From Planctomycetales bacterium (GTDB lineage Bacteria > 4484-113 > JAFGCY01): a stretch of 32,000 bases of DNA. How positions within the stretch are numbered: position 1 is the stretch's first letter; each line of letters opens with the position of its first letter. The translations under genes and the position numbers were made by a program. Positions 20,853 to 30,407 of the stretch are shown one piece after another. Below the pieces are notes generated by a model. The model saw nothing but the letters and a program-made list of their open reading frames with translations. It was not told the origin of the DNA and searched no databases. The DNA is taken from the NCBI GenBank assembly GCA_022646745.1, contig CP060262.1, positions 1,290,001-1,322,000 on the forward strand, in the 5' to 3' direction.

Positions 20853-22706
20853 ATGGATATCAATGACAAGAGCATCCTGATCCTCGGGGCCTTCGGCCAG
20901 TGCGGCAGTGCCATCTCGAGGTTGATACTGCGCTCCTTCACACCGCGCCGGATGGTGCTTTGCTCGATGCTTGAGGAGGAGGCCGACAGCTGCGTGACGG
21001 ACTGCCTGCGCTGGCAGCAGCGCTGGCAGCCGAATGCCCGCATCGAGTTCGTGGCCGAGCATGGCAACATGCTGCTTACCAGTGAGCTCGAGGAGCTGCG
21101 CCAGGCGGCGCGCGGCAGCGGCGAGGACGAGAAGCGCTACGCCGACCAGTATGTGCGCTTCATCTTCCAGGACTACAACGAATTCAGCGATGAGCAGAAG
21201 GGCGAGATGTTCATCAACCGGGTCTGCCGGGCACACAGGCCGGACATCATCATCGACTGCGTGAACACCGCCACCGGGCTGGCCTACCAGGACATCTTCA
21301 GCCTGGCCAAGGGCTGGATCCACGATGCTGACAACGGGGTGGAACGCGAGGACAGCGTGCCCGCCGCACAGCGCCTGATGATGTCAACCGCACTGCCGGC
21401 GCTGATCCGCCACATCGAGATCCTGTCAGACGGCATGAAGCAGGCCGGCACCGGGCTGTACCTCAAGATCGGTACGACCGGCACCGGCGGCATGGGCCTG
21501 AACATCCCCTACACCCACAGTGAAAGCAAGCCCAGCCGCACGCTGCTCTCCAAGAGCGCGGTGGCCGGCGCCGCCAGCATGATCTACATGCTGATGAACC
21601 GCACACTTGGCAACCCCGTGATCAAGGAGATCAAGCCCGCCGCGCTGATCGGCTGGAAGAGCATCGGCAAGGGCGAGATCCGCAAGCACGGCAAGCCGAT
21701 CGCGATGTACGACTGCGCCTTCGAAAGCGGCCTGCCGCTGGATGGCCCGCAGGACAGTTTTGACAACGCCCCGGCCAGTGCGACAGGTGGCAACCTCGAG
21801 AGTGTGTTCATTGACACCGGCGAGAACGGGGTGTTCAGCGCCGGTGAGTTCGCGGCGATCACCTCCATCGAACAGATGGAGCTGGTCACCCCGGAGGACG
21901 TGGCCCGTGCAGCACTGGAGGAGATCCTCGGTGAAAGCACCGGCCTCGATGTCGTCAGCGGCCTGTCCAGTGTGGTGCAGGATTCCAGCTACCGCGGCGG
22001 CGTGATGCGCAACATGGCGCTCGAGCAGCTGGAGCGCATGGAACGCGAAAGCGGTGAGGAGAGCGTGGCCTTTGAGCTGCTCGGGCCGCCACGGCTCTCC
22101 AAGCTGCTGTGGGAAGGCAGCCTGCTGAAGACGCATGCCGGGCTGGGTGAGCTGCTGTTTCGCGTGCTCAAGCCTGGTCCGATGGGCCGCCAGGAACGAC
22201 TCGAGCTGTTTGACAATCTCTACAACGCCCCCAACCTGCTGGAGCGCGTCGTCAGCGGCGTGAAGGGTGACAAGCGGGCCCGCTCGCGCATCCTCTCGAT
22301 CGGCATCCCGATCGCCACGCCGGACCGCCGCCTGCTGTTCGGGCCGAGCGTGGCCCTGATGCGCGCCTATCCCGGGCGGAGCATGGGCGAGCTGCTGACG
22401 GAGCCGGCCAGCCGCCAGTCCTTCATTGACAACGGCTGCGTTGACCTGAGCGAGCGCAACATGCTGCTCTGGAAGAAGCGTATCGCAGGCGCACTGACGC
22501 ACCACCTCGTCGCCAGCGAACACGGCATGGGCGGGCGCGGCAGCGTCTACGACTACCGTAACCTGTTCGTGGTGCATGAACAGGCGAACAGCGTGGAGCT
22601 GCACGTCGGCGAACTGGTCGGCTGGATGTTCACCATCGAGGAGCACGGCTCTCGCCGCCGCCACATCTTCAGCCCGGAGGAGGGCCTGGACTTCAACGTG
22701 GACTGA
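20853..22706 (+). CDS. 617-aa protein with an N-terminal Rossmann-like dinucleotide-binding motif, function unknown
   Basis: KSILILGAFGQCGSAI is GxxGxxG-like. Other conserved-looking blocks are DIIIDCVNTATG and KIGTTGTGGMGLNIPYTHSE. I cannot place the family from memory. Confidence 0.6.
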   Translation: MDINDKSILILGAFGQCGSAISRLILRSFTPRRMVLCSMLEEEADSCVTDCLRWQQRWQPNARIEFVAEHGNMLLTSELEELRQAARGSGEDEKRYADQYVRFIFQDYNEFSDEQKGEMFINRVCRAHRPDIIIDCVNTATGLAYQDIFSLAKGWIHDADNGVEREDSVPAAQRLMMSTALPALIRHIEILSDGMKQAGTGLYLKIGTTGTGGMGLNIPYTHSESKPSRTLLSKSAVAGAASMIYMLMNRTLGNPVIKEIKPAALIGWKSIGKGEIRKHGKPIAMYDCAFESGLPLDGPQDSFDNAPASATGGNLESVFIDTGENGVFSAGEFAAITSIEQMELVTPEDVARAALEEILGESTGLDVVSGLSSVVQDSSYRGGVMRNMALEQLERMERESGEESVAFELLGPPRLSKLLWEGSLLKTHAGLGELLFRVLKPGPMGRQERLELFDNLYNAPNLLERVVSGVKGDKRARSRILSIGIPIATPDRRLLFGPSVALMRAYPGRSMGELLTEPASRQSFIDNGCVDLSERNMLLWKKRIAGALTHHLVASEHGMGGRGSVYDYRNLFVVHEQANSVELHVGELVGWMFTIEEHGSRRRHIFSPEEGLDFNVD

Positions 22707-22775
22707 GGACCGGCGCTTGCGCTGCCAGCGGGAAGCAGCATAGAATGGGTGATCAAGCTGATTCTGGAGTAATCC

Positions 22776-25616
22776 ATGCAGACCACTGGATTCCCCGTTC
22801 TGATTGTCGTCGCAGCCTGTCTATGGCTTAGTGCCTGTTCAGGCACGGAACTGGCTACCCCTGAAGCCACGCAGGACCTCAGTGTCGCGCAGGTCACTGT
22901 TCCCGCCACACTGCCGCAGGACGCCCTGCAGCCCTGGGAACAGGACCGGCAGCCCACCGCACTGGACGCTGCGTCTGAATTCACCGCCGGTGCCGACAGG
23001 TTCATGGAGGGCGGCACTGTCTCGGATCTCGGGCTGGCCAGCCGCATCGGTGACAACAGCGGCAGTGGCGACGGGATCAGCTATGCGCTGTACCGTATTC
23101 CGCTGGCGGGTTTCCAGCCCGGGGCGCTGGCCTTCGACGTCAACATCCAGCCGGATGGATCCGCTGCCCAAAGCGAATACTACATTGGCCTGAGCAACTA
23201 TGCAGCCGGTCGCTGGGAATGGCACGGGCCGTACTCTGAGCACCACGTGCGGCTGGTGCGCAGTGATGGCCCTGGTCCGGATGTCTTCAACGACGATGAC
23301 TACACATCAGGGTTTGACAACCTGTTCGTGAACATCCTCGTGCAGGGAGACAGCCAGGTGGACGTGGTCGGGATCAGCAGTGACAGCCTGAGTGGGGCTG
23401 ATTCCGAAGCGCCTCCGGTACCGACCGGCCTGCAGGCCAGCCCGGTGGCCGGTGGCCTGCTGCTCAGCTGGGAGACGGTTGCCGCAGCGGACCTGGCCGG
23501 CTACCGGATTCACTTTGCAGATCATTCATTCATCTCGCCGGACAGTGCAGGTGTCAGGCATGCCGGCTATGTCGAAGGCAGCACGAGCCAGCTGTTGGAG
23601 AGCCTCAACGGATTGACCTACGTGCGCATAACGGCAGTTGACAACAATGGAAACGAGAGCGCCCCGTCGGCGGAAGCCTCGGCGCTGCCCCTTGCGGGAA
23701 ACGCCCCGCAGGTGCTGGCCAGTGTGAGCAAGCCGTCAGTGCAGCGTGGTGAGCCGATGGACCTGCTCGTTGTCGGTGATACGACGGGCCTGCTGTTCGA
23801 TTATGACCTGGATGGCGATGGCCTGTTTGAGCTGGCTGGCCAGTCTGCCGCAACGCAGGCGTTGCCGACCCAGGACAGCGGCCTGCTGCGCCCCCGGGTG
23901 ATGTCAATTGACTCCCAGGGCGAGCGCACTGCACTCGGAGGGGTCAGCCTGATCGTCAGCTCCAACAGCCGCCCGGTGGCCAGTGCGGGAGTATCGGCCC
24001 AGAGCGGCCCGGCACCGCTGTCAGTGGACTTTGACGGCACCGAGAGCACGGACTTCGACGGCAGCATCGTGGGCGGCGGCTGGGACTTCGACGGTGACGG
24101 CATCTACGACGCCTTTGACGAGGAAAGCACAGCCCAGCTGACCGCCAACCACAGCTATGCCGCTCCGGGCTTCTACAATGCCCGCCTGCGTGTGATTGAC
24201 GACGAGGGAGCATGGGATGTGGACACAGTCGGCATCTTCGTTGAGGGAAGCGGCACTGGACAGGACTTCCCGCCGCTGGCCATGCTCACAAGCAGCGACT
24301 CCAGGGTCTACATGGGTGGGCTTGACCAGACCTATGAAGTGACGCTTGATGCCTCGGGCAGCACTGACCCTGAGGGCGGTGCACTTGAATATGCATTTGA
24401 TCCGGAGGGAGATGGCGAGTTCACTGCATTTGGCAGCCAGTCCAGCATTGGCCACGAGTTCGACGGAAACGGCGTGCATCAGGTCAGCGTCCAGGTGCGA
24501 GATGAAGCGGGCCAGGTCTCATCCGCCAGCCTGCTGGTCAGTGTCTACAGGGTGGATTCGCTGCTGCTGGATACGCAGTACGACCTGTCAAACCGTACGG
24601 CGATCGTGGGCCTCAAGGACAACGGCTCGCGCAGGATCGGCATCCTCTACAACGATTCCGTCAATGATGACCTGAGGTTCACCTACAGCGCGGACAGCTT
24701 CGGGGACAGCTGGATGCCATCAAAGATCCTTGACAGCAACGGAATGGAGTGGGCAAGCTTCATCCAGGACATCTCCCAGTTCGCATTCTTCTACTACCGA
24801 GACGGCGACCTGTTCTACAAGCACAGCAGCAATGATGGCACGAGCTTCGGCACCGGTACCGTTGATGATTCAGCGGATGACGCCGGCAACTACTGCTCGG
24901 GGATCTACTACAACGACGCCCGGGGCAATGGCCCGGCCGTGGCCTACTACAACGCTGATGACGGTGACCTGTACTTCAACAAGGCGGCCAGCGGAGGCGG
25001 CACCGGCGTCGGCAGCTGGGACCCGCCTGTGGCGGTGGACGGCACGGGGGACACCGGGCTCTTCTGCTCGCTGCAGTTGGTTGCCAACCGGCCGGCGATT
25101 GCCTACTACAGGGCGGACAACGGCAACCTGCTGTATACGCGCGCAGACGACAAGGAAGGCACCACCTGGTCAGCACCGGTGGTGGTTGACGGCACAGCAG
25201 ATGACATCGGACAGCATGCCAGCCTGGCCCTGATCAGGGACGAGGCTGGCAACGTCTTCCCCGCGATTGCCTGCCACAATGCGACCACGAACAGGATCGA
25301 GTACCGCCGGGCCCTGGATGTCAACGGTGACAGCTGGGGTGATGTGGTCGAAATCAGCCTGACACCGGACATCACCGCGCTGCAATTGATGCAGGTCGGT
25401 GACCGCGTGATGGTCTGTGCCAGCCGCGACGATTTCTACGGTGCATGGTTCATGGTATCCGCGGATGCCGCTGGCTCGGACTGGGTGATTCACGTCATCA
25501 ACCCCTCCGGCTCCCCGGACCTGTTGTCAGCCAGCATCACGCAGGAGGGACACCCGGTGTTCGCCTACTGGCACGTGTTTGAGGGCCTGCGGGTGGCCAG
25601 GCCGAAGCTGGACTGA
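22776..25616 (+). CDS. 946-aa surface lipoprotein: N-domain, FN3-like, two PKD-like domains, C-terminal propeller-like repeats (paralog 1)
   Basis: Lipobox WLSAC. The FN3-like region reads APPVPTGLQASP...AGYRIHF...VRITAVDNNGNES. The PKD-like region reads PLSVDFDGTESTDFDGSIVGGGWDFDGDG...YNARLRVIDDEGAWD. A repeated motif of the form YY.ADDGDLYF / YYRADNGNLLY occurs in the C-terminal part. Confidence 0.8.
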   Translation: MQTTGFPVLIVVAACLWLSACSGTELATPEATQDLSVAQVTVPATLPQDALQPWEQDRQPTALDAASEFTAGADRFMEGGTVSDLGLASRIGDNSGSGDGISYALYRIPLAGFQPGALAFDVNIQPDGSAAQSEYYIGLSNYAAGRWEWHGPYSEHHVRLVRSDGPGPDVFNDDDYTSGFDNLFVNILVQGDSQVDVVGISSDSLSGADSEAPPVPTGLQASPVAGGLLLSWETVAAADLAGYRIHFADHSFISPDSAGVRHAGYVEGSTSQLLESLNGLTYVRITAVDNNGNESAPSAEASALPLAGNAPQVLASVSKPSVQRGEPMDLLVVGDTTGLLFDYDLDGDGLFELAGQSAATQALPTQDSGLLRPRVMSIDSQGERTALGGVSLIVSSNSRPVASAGVSAQSGPAPLSVDFDGTESTDFDGSIVGGGWDFDGDGIYDAFDEESTAQLTANHSYAAPGFYNARLRVIDDEGAWDVDTVGIFVEGSGTGQDFPPLAMLTSSDSRVYMGGLDQTYEVTLDASGSTDPEGGALEYAFDPEGDGEFTAFGSQSSIGHEFDGNGVHQVSVQVRDEAGQVSSASLLVSVYRVDSLLLDTQYDLSNRTAIVGLKDNGSRRIGILYNDSVNDDLRFTYSADSFGDSWMPSKILDSNGMEWASFIQDISQFAFFYYRDGDLFYKHSSNDGTSFGTGTVDDSADDAGNYCSGIYYNDARGNGPAVAYYNADDGDLYFNKAASGGGTGVGSWDPPVAVDGTGDTGLFCSLQLVANRPAIAYYRADNGNLLYTRADDKEGTTWSAPVVVDGTADDIGQHASLALIRDEAGNVFPAIACHNATTNRIEYRRALDVNGDSWGDVVEISLTPDITALQLMQVGDRVMVCASRDDFYGAWFMVSADAAGSDWVIHVINPSGSPDLLSASITQEGHPVFAYWHVFEGLRVARPKLD

Positions 25617-25683
25617 GCCTGACAGCGGCCTGGATTTTGCCTGACGGTAGAATGGAGCATTGAATCCCCTCCCGGAGGAACAG

Positions 25684-28500
25684 ATGCGACCCATCATGCA
25701 CCCGGTGAGCGCTTGCGCCATCCTTACTGTTATCCTGCTTGCTTCATGCGGCTCCGACAGGACTGCCCGGTTGCCCGAATCAAGCCAGCCCGTCGGCCAG
25801 TTGCAGCCAGCGATGGAATTCCCCAGCGGATTGCCTGCCGACGGACTGCAGCCCTGGGAGGAAACCCGGGCTGGCAGTGCACTTGATGCCCAGTCCGAAT
25901 TCACAGCCGGCACGCAGCGCTTCCTGGAGGGGGGCTCCGTGCTGGATGCCGGAGCCGCCAGCCGGATCGGTGACAGCAGTGGTGCTGGCGATGGCATGAG
26001 CTTTGCGCTCTACCGCCTGCCGATGGCGGGACAGCAGCCTGGTGCGCTGGCATTCGATGTCAATATCCTGCCGGATGGCGACTTCGGGCCGAGCAGCTAC
26101 TACATCGGCCTGAGCAACTATGCCGCGGGCCGCTGGGAATGGCATGGACCATACAGCGAGCACCATGTGCGCCTGGTGCGCAGCAGCCAGCCCGGCCCAG
26201 ATGTGTTCGCCTCCGAGGACTACACTTCTGAGTTTGACAACCTATTCGTCAACGTGCTCGTGCATGGCTCAAGCCAGGTGGATGTGCTCGGCATCAGCAG
26301 TGACAGCCTGAGCGGCGCTGATGCTGAAGCGCCTCCCGTGCCGCAGGGACTTGCCGCCACCGGCATCAACGGTGGAGTTGCACTGACTTGGAATCCGGTG
26401 CTGGCGGCGGACCTGGCGGGATACCGTGTGAATTTTTCAAAACAAGCCTTCAGTGCCCCTGATGAAGCGGGAGTGCAGCATGCCGGATTCGTGGAGGGCA
26501 ACACGCGGCACCTGCTGGCCGGACTGAGCGGAGAAGTGCACGTGCGGATCAGTGCCGTCGACAACAACGGCAATGAAAGCACGCTGTCCGATGAGGTCAC
26601 AGCCACAGCTCTGTCAGGGGATGCCCCGCTGATCCGGCTGGAGGTCAGCAACAACAGCGTGCCGCGCAATGCAGTGGCAACGGTGGAGGTTGTCGGCGGA
26701 GATGAAAACCTGCTGTACGACTACGACCTTGATGGCGATGGGATCTACGAACTGACCGGTGAAACGGATACGCTCAAGGCCCTGCCGACGCAGGAAACCG
26801 GGCTGATCCGTCCGGCGGTGCGTGCCAGCGACCTGGATGGTGAACGTATTGCGCTAGGTGGAGTCAGCCTGCTAATTTCATCCAACAGCCGTCCGGTGGC
26901 GGACGCACTGGCCTCAGTGCAGTTCGGCACTGCCCCGCTCAGTGTGGATTTTGACGGCAGCGGCAGCACAGACTTTGACGGCACGGTCGTCGGTGGGGGC
27001 TGGGACTTCGACGGCGACGGGGTCTATGACTCCTATGATGAGGGTTCAACTGCCAACCTCAGTGCAAGCCACCAGTACAACACGCCGGGATTCTACAACG
27101 CCCGGCTGAAGGTGCTTGACGACGAGGGGGCCTGGGATGTGGATACGATAGGCATCTTCGTGGACGGCGGCGAGACCCAGAACCGGCCCCCGGTGGCAAA
27201 CCTGGTGTTCAGCCCGGATTTCATCATTTCCGGCCTATATGTCAGCCCGATTGACATGCAGTTTGACGCCAGCTCAAGCTTCGACCCCGACTTTGACACG
27301 CTTGAGTACGCCTGGGATGTGAATGGTGATGGAAGCTATGCATCCTATCAATCACTGTCCACTGCCAGCATCTCCAGCTTCACCCAGGGATTGCAGAGCG
27401 CGGGCGTGCGGGTGCGCGACGAGGCCGGCAACATCAGCCAGGCCACAGTGGTCTATGCCGTCTACCAGTTCAATTCACAGCTGGTGGACAGTGGTAGAAC
27501 CGTTGGCAATGCAACATCGATCGTGTCCGTGGACAGCATCCTCGGCAGTACCAGGACCGGCATTGCGTACTACGACTCGAGCAATGATGACCTGATGTTC
27601 ACGTACTGCACGGACCAGAACGGCTACAGCTGGCAGCCCGCTTACGTTGTGGAGGCACTCGGCGGCGAATGGATGAGCCTCGTGCCCAACGCCAGCGACT
27701 TCCAGATGGGCTATTACCGGGATGGCAACCTGTACTACAGGGAGAGCGATGACGAGGGCAAGAGCTTCGAAGCGCCGATCGACGTGGACACGGGCGCAGA
27801 CGATGCCGGGATGTACGTGGATGCGGTGCGACTCACCAACAAACCCGCCTTTGCCTACTACAATGCCACCGACGGGGACCTTTACTATGCAGTTTCCAAC
27901 AGTGTCAATGTCAGCAACTTCGGCACCCCGGTCAATGTGGACGGAACCGGTGATACAGGGCTCTATCCCGATGTGGTGTACAGCGGCGGGAACCACAGCA
28001 TTGCCTATTACAGGCAGGACAATGGCAACCTGATGTTCGTGCAGTCAACGGATACCTCAGGCCTGAACTGGGGATCGCCTGTGATGGTTGATGGCAACGA
28101 CGGTGATGTCGGCAGACATCCATCGATGCTGAGCATCAGTTTCAAGTTCTGCATAGCCTACCTGGATTCACTCAATGATGTCTGGTTCGTGAAGTCAAGC
28201 GATTCCTCCGGTAGTGCCTGGGGCACGCCACTCCATCTCGGCAATGTCAACGCAAAAACCTGCGAGATGATGGTTGTGGGAGACCGGCTGGCGATCTTCA
28301 TCGGGGATGATGTCCTCGGGCGCGGCGAGTTCATCCTGTCGGAAGACATTAGCGGCGACAGCTGGGGAAGCTGGGAGTATTACGACTACGGCGATACGAC
28401 CGGCTTCATGTCGGCAGCACCGATGTTCAACGGCATGCCGGGACTGGCATACTGGGATGAGGACCAGGAGCTGTACTTCACGACCCCGCGGCTGGACTGA
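25684..28500 (+). CDS. surface lipoprotein, tandem paralog 2 of the preceding gene
   Basis: Same domain order as paralog 1. ATG 25684 lies 5 nt after GGAGGA. The listed ORF, from TTG 25660, is also exactly 946 aa. Lipobox is LLASC. Confidence 0.8.
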   Translation: MRPIMHPVSACAILTVILLASCGSDRTARLPESSQPVGQLQPAMEFPSGLPADGLQPWEETRAGSALDAQSEFTAGTQRFLEGGSVLDAGAASRIGDSSGAGDGMSFALYRLPMAGQQPGALAFDVNILPDGDFGPSSYYIGLSNYAAGRWEWHGPYSEHHVRLVRSSQPGPDVFASEDYTSEFDNLFVNVLVHGSSQVDVLGISSDSLSGADAEAPPVPQGLAATGINGGVALTWNPVLAADLAGYRVNFSKQAFSAPDEAGVQHAGFVEGNTRHLLAGLSGEVHVRISAVDNNGNESTLSDEVTATALSGDAPLIRLEVSNNSVPRNAVATVEVVGGDENLLYDYDLDGDGIYELTGETDTLKALPTQETGLIRPAVRASDLDGERIALGGVSLLISSNSRPVADALASVQFGTAPLSVDFDGSGSTDFDGTVVGGGWDFDGDGVYDSYDEGSTANLSASHQYNTPGFYNARLKVLDDEGAWDVDTIGIFVDGGETQNRPPVANLVFSPDFIISGLYVSPIDMQFDASSSFDPDFDTLEYAWDVNGDGSYASYQSLSTASISSFTQGLQSAGVRVRDEAGNISQATVVYAVYQFNSQLVDSGRTVGNATSIVSVDSILGSTRTGIAYYDSSNDDLMFTYCTDQNGYSWQPAYVVEALGGEWMSLVPNASDFQMGYYRDGNLYYRESDDEGKSFEAPIDVDTGADDAGMYVDAVRLTNKPAFAYYNATDGDLYYAVSNSVNVSNFGTPVNVDGTGDTGLYPDVVYSGGNHSIAYYRQDNGNLMFVQSTDTSGLNWGSPVMVDGNDGDVGRHPSMLSISFKFCIAYLDSLNDVWFVKSSDSSGSAWGTPLHLGNVNAKTCEMMVVGDRLAIFIGDDVLGRGEFILSEDISGDSWGSWEYYDYGDTTGFMSAAPMFNGMPGLAYWDEDQELYFTTPRLD

Positions 28501-28513
28501 GCGGGCCATCCGC

Positions 28514-29587
28514 TCAGTCAATGTCTGCGCGCCGCCCGCTGATCGACATCCCCAGCAGGTAGCCGCCGGGCAGCCAGAGTACGTAGAGGAATGGCAGCAG
28601 TGCGGCCCCGACCCAGATCGGGATGCGGTGGGGATCCACGGGCGTGCCCAGCAGCAGGTTGCTCTTCCAGCTCGTCATCAGCCAGTTGATGTTGCTGACG
28701 AAGTCCGTGTGGCCGAAGTACCAGGCCAGTGCGAAGCGGCCATCGCCGATTGCAGCCGTTGACAGGCCAGGCATGCCGCCTGGCTGGCCGGCCCCGAACA
28801 GGGCGTGCAGGCCGAAGTAGCCGGAGGCCAGCAGCAGCACAACGACCAGGCTGGTGCGTTGCCGGGGCTTCAGCAGGCCCAGCAGGACCGGCGTTGCCAG
28901 GATCACGAGCCCGACCAGCAGGTACAGCCAGGCGGCATGGCCGCGTGTCTGGCGGTAGCACATCTCAATGTACTGGTAGCCCGGGCGGTGCACCACATAG
29001 CCTCCCGCCAGCATCAGTCCGAGCAGGCCTGCAGCGCGCAGCAGGTTGCCTTGCAGGCAGCGCTCCAGCAGCAGCGCGATCGCCAGCGGCAGCAGTCCAG
29101 CGGAGAGGATGCTCAGCGCACTTGCCAGTACCCGAGGAATCCAGGGGTTCGGGACCTCGAGCCAGCCCTCCGGGCCGTCTGTCACGATCCAGTCATCACC
29201 GAGCTGGGCGCCACTGCCGAAGGGCACACCGAAGTACAGTTGCAGGCAGCCCCAGACCACCACGGCTGACAGCGAGAGCAGCAGCGGCACGACGATTAGC
29301 GGGAACCAGTCCATCAGCTGGCGCTGCACGGGAGGGATCGGCAGGCTGTCCAGGCTTTCATCCCTGCGCTGCGGCGGACCGAGCCAGGCAGCCAGCAGCC
29401 AGACCAGTGACAGCAGTGCGGCAAGCGTTGCCAGAGAGAGCGCGCAGGCCACGAGGTCAGCAAACTCCCGGCCCAGCCCGAAGGGGGAGATGAAGATGAA
29501 GTACAGTGCCACCGCACTCTGCAGCAGCACACCTGCAATCAGCCAGCCGCGTCCTTGCCAGAGGCAGCGCATGAATTCGCTGCGCAT
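28514..29587 (-). CDS. multi-pass integral membrane protein, unknown function
   Basis: ORF 28514..29677 begins at a TTG. ATG 29585-29587 (MRSEFMRCLW...) is the first ATG and precedes the first hydrophobic segment. About 9-10 hydrophobic stretches follow. Confidence 0.55.
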   Translation of the reverse strand: MRSEFMRCLWQGRGWLIAGVLLQSAVALYFIFISPFGLGREFADLVACALSLATLAALLSLVWLLAAWLGPPQRRDESLDSLPIPPVQRQLMDWFPLIVVPLLLSLSAVVVWGCLQLYFGVPFGSGAQLGDDWIVTDGPEGWLEVPNPWIPRVLASALSILSAGLLPLAIALLLERCLQGNLLRAAGLLGLMLAGGYVVHRPGYQYIEMCYRQTRGHAAWLYLLVGLVILATPVLLGLLKPRQRTSLVVVLLLASGYFGLHALFGAGQPGGMPGLSTAAIGDGRFALAWYFGHTDFVSNINWLMTSWKSNLLLGTPVDPHRIPIWVGAALLPFLYVLWLPGGYLLGMSISGRRADID

Positions 29588-29693
29588 GATCTCCGCATTC
29601 CAGCTGGCAAAGGGCCTCGGCACTGAAGCATTGTAGCTGAGCCGCTTGTCCGGCTGCGACGGATGATTCACATGCAATGCGGGATTGCGTTAC

Positions 29694-29733
29694 AGCATCT
29701 TCCTCTGTGGACCTCTGTGGAACTCTGTGTCAA
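29694..29733 (+). repeat. 10-nt periodic array (ctctgtggaN x3) with agcatcttcct flank
   Basis: Sequence is agcatcttcctctgtggacctctgtggaactctgtgtcaa. It is a direct copy of 30314-30363. Confidence 0.8.
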
Positions 29734-29813
29734 TATCAGGCATGGAAGTTGAGATGCCCGATAACTAACTTGTATTAAGTGCGACTGTGCCGTCGCTTAT
29801 CAGTTTCTTGAAA

Positions 29814-29851
29814 CACAGAGATCCACAGAGATCCACAGAGATCCACAGAGA
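29814..29851 (-). repeat. inverted 10-nt periodic array (cacagagatc x4)
   Basis: Reverse complement of the ctctgtgg unit. It can pair with 29700-29733 or with 30321-30360. Confidence 0.8.
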
Positions 29852-29901
29852 ATATTTTTTAATTTCTTGACGGCAGACTGTGGAATGACTACTATGCGGA
29901 A

Positions 29902-30285
29902 ATGGAACAGCTGAATGAACGGGATCCATTATCAAATGAAGTAATCGGAGCCGCAATTGAAGTTCATCGAGCATTGGGCCCTGGCCTGCTGGAAAAGGCG
30001 TATGCAACCTGCCTGGCTCATGAACTCAGTCTGAGGAACATCCAGTTCAGTATGGAAGTTCCGGTCCCGATAGAGTACAAATCCTGCAAGTTGGCAACCG
30101 CTTTCAGGTTGGATCTGCTGGTTCAAGATGAGTTGGTTGTCGAACTGAAGTCCAGCAAGGGAATTGAGAAGTTGCACCAGGCGCAACTACTGACATACCT
30201 GAGACTGGCAAACCTTAGAAAAGGCCTGATAATAAACTTCAATGTCACGAGCCTCCGGCAGGGCATACAGCGAATTGTGAGATAA
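29902..30285 (+). CDS. GxxExxY family protein (PD-(D/E)XK nuclease-like fold)
   Basis: 127 aa. VIGAAIEVHRALGPGLLEKAY contains the eponymous G-LL-E-KA-Y motif. Other matching blocks are IEYKSCKLATAFRLDLLVQDELVVELKS and GLIINFN. Confidence 0.85.
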   Translation: MEQLNERDPLSNEVIGAAIEVHRALGPGLLEKAYATCLAHELSLRNIQFSMEVPVPIEYKSCKLATAFRLDLLVQDELVVELKSSKGIEKLHQAQLLTYLRLANLRKGLIINFNVTSLRQGIQRIVR

Positions 30286-30313
30286 CTCTGCTTCACAGAA
30301 GGACGCATCGTTA

Positions 30314-30363
30314 AGCATCTTCCTCCGTGGCTCTATGTGGATCTCTTTGGAACTCTGTGTTGA
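30314..30363 (+). repeat. degenerate 10-nt periodic array (x4) with agcatcttcct flank
   Basis: Sequence is agcatcttcctccgtggctctatgtggatctctttggaactctgtgttga. Confidence 0.75.
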
Positions 30364-30407
30364 CCATGTAGTTCCGTCAGGCAGGATTCAGCATTTAGAA
30401 TCGTCGC

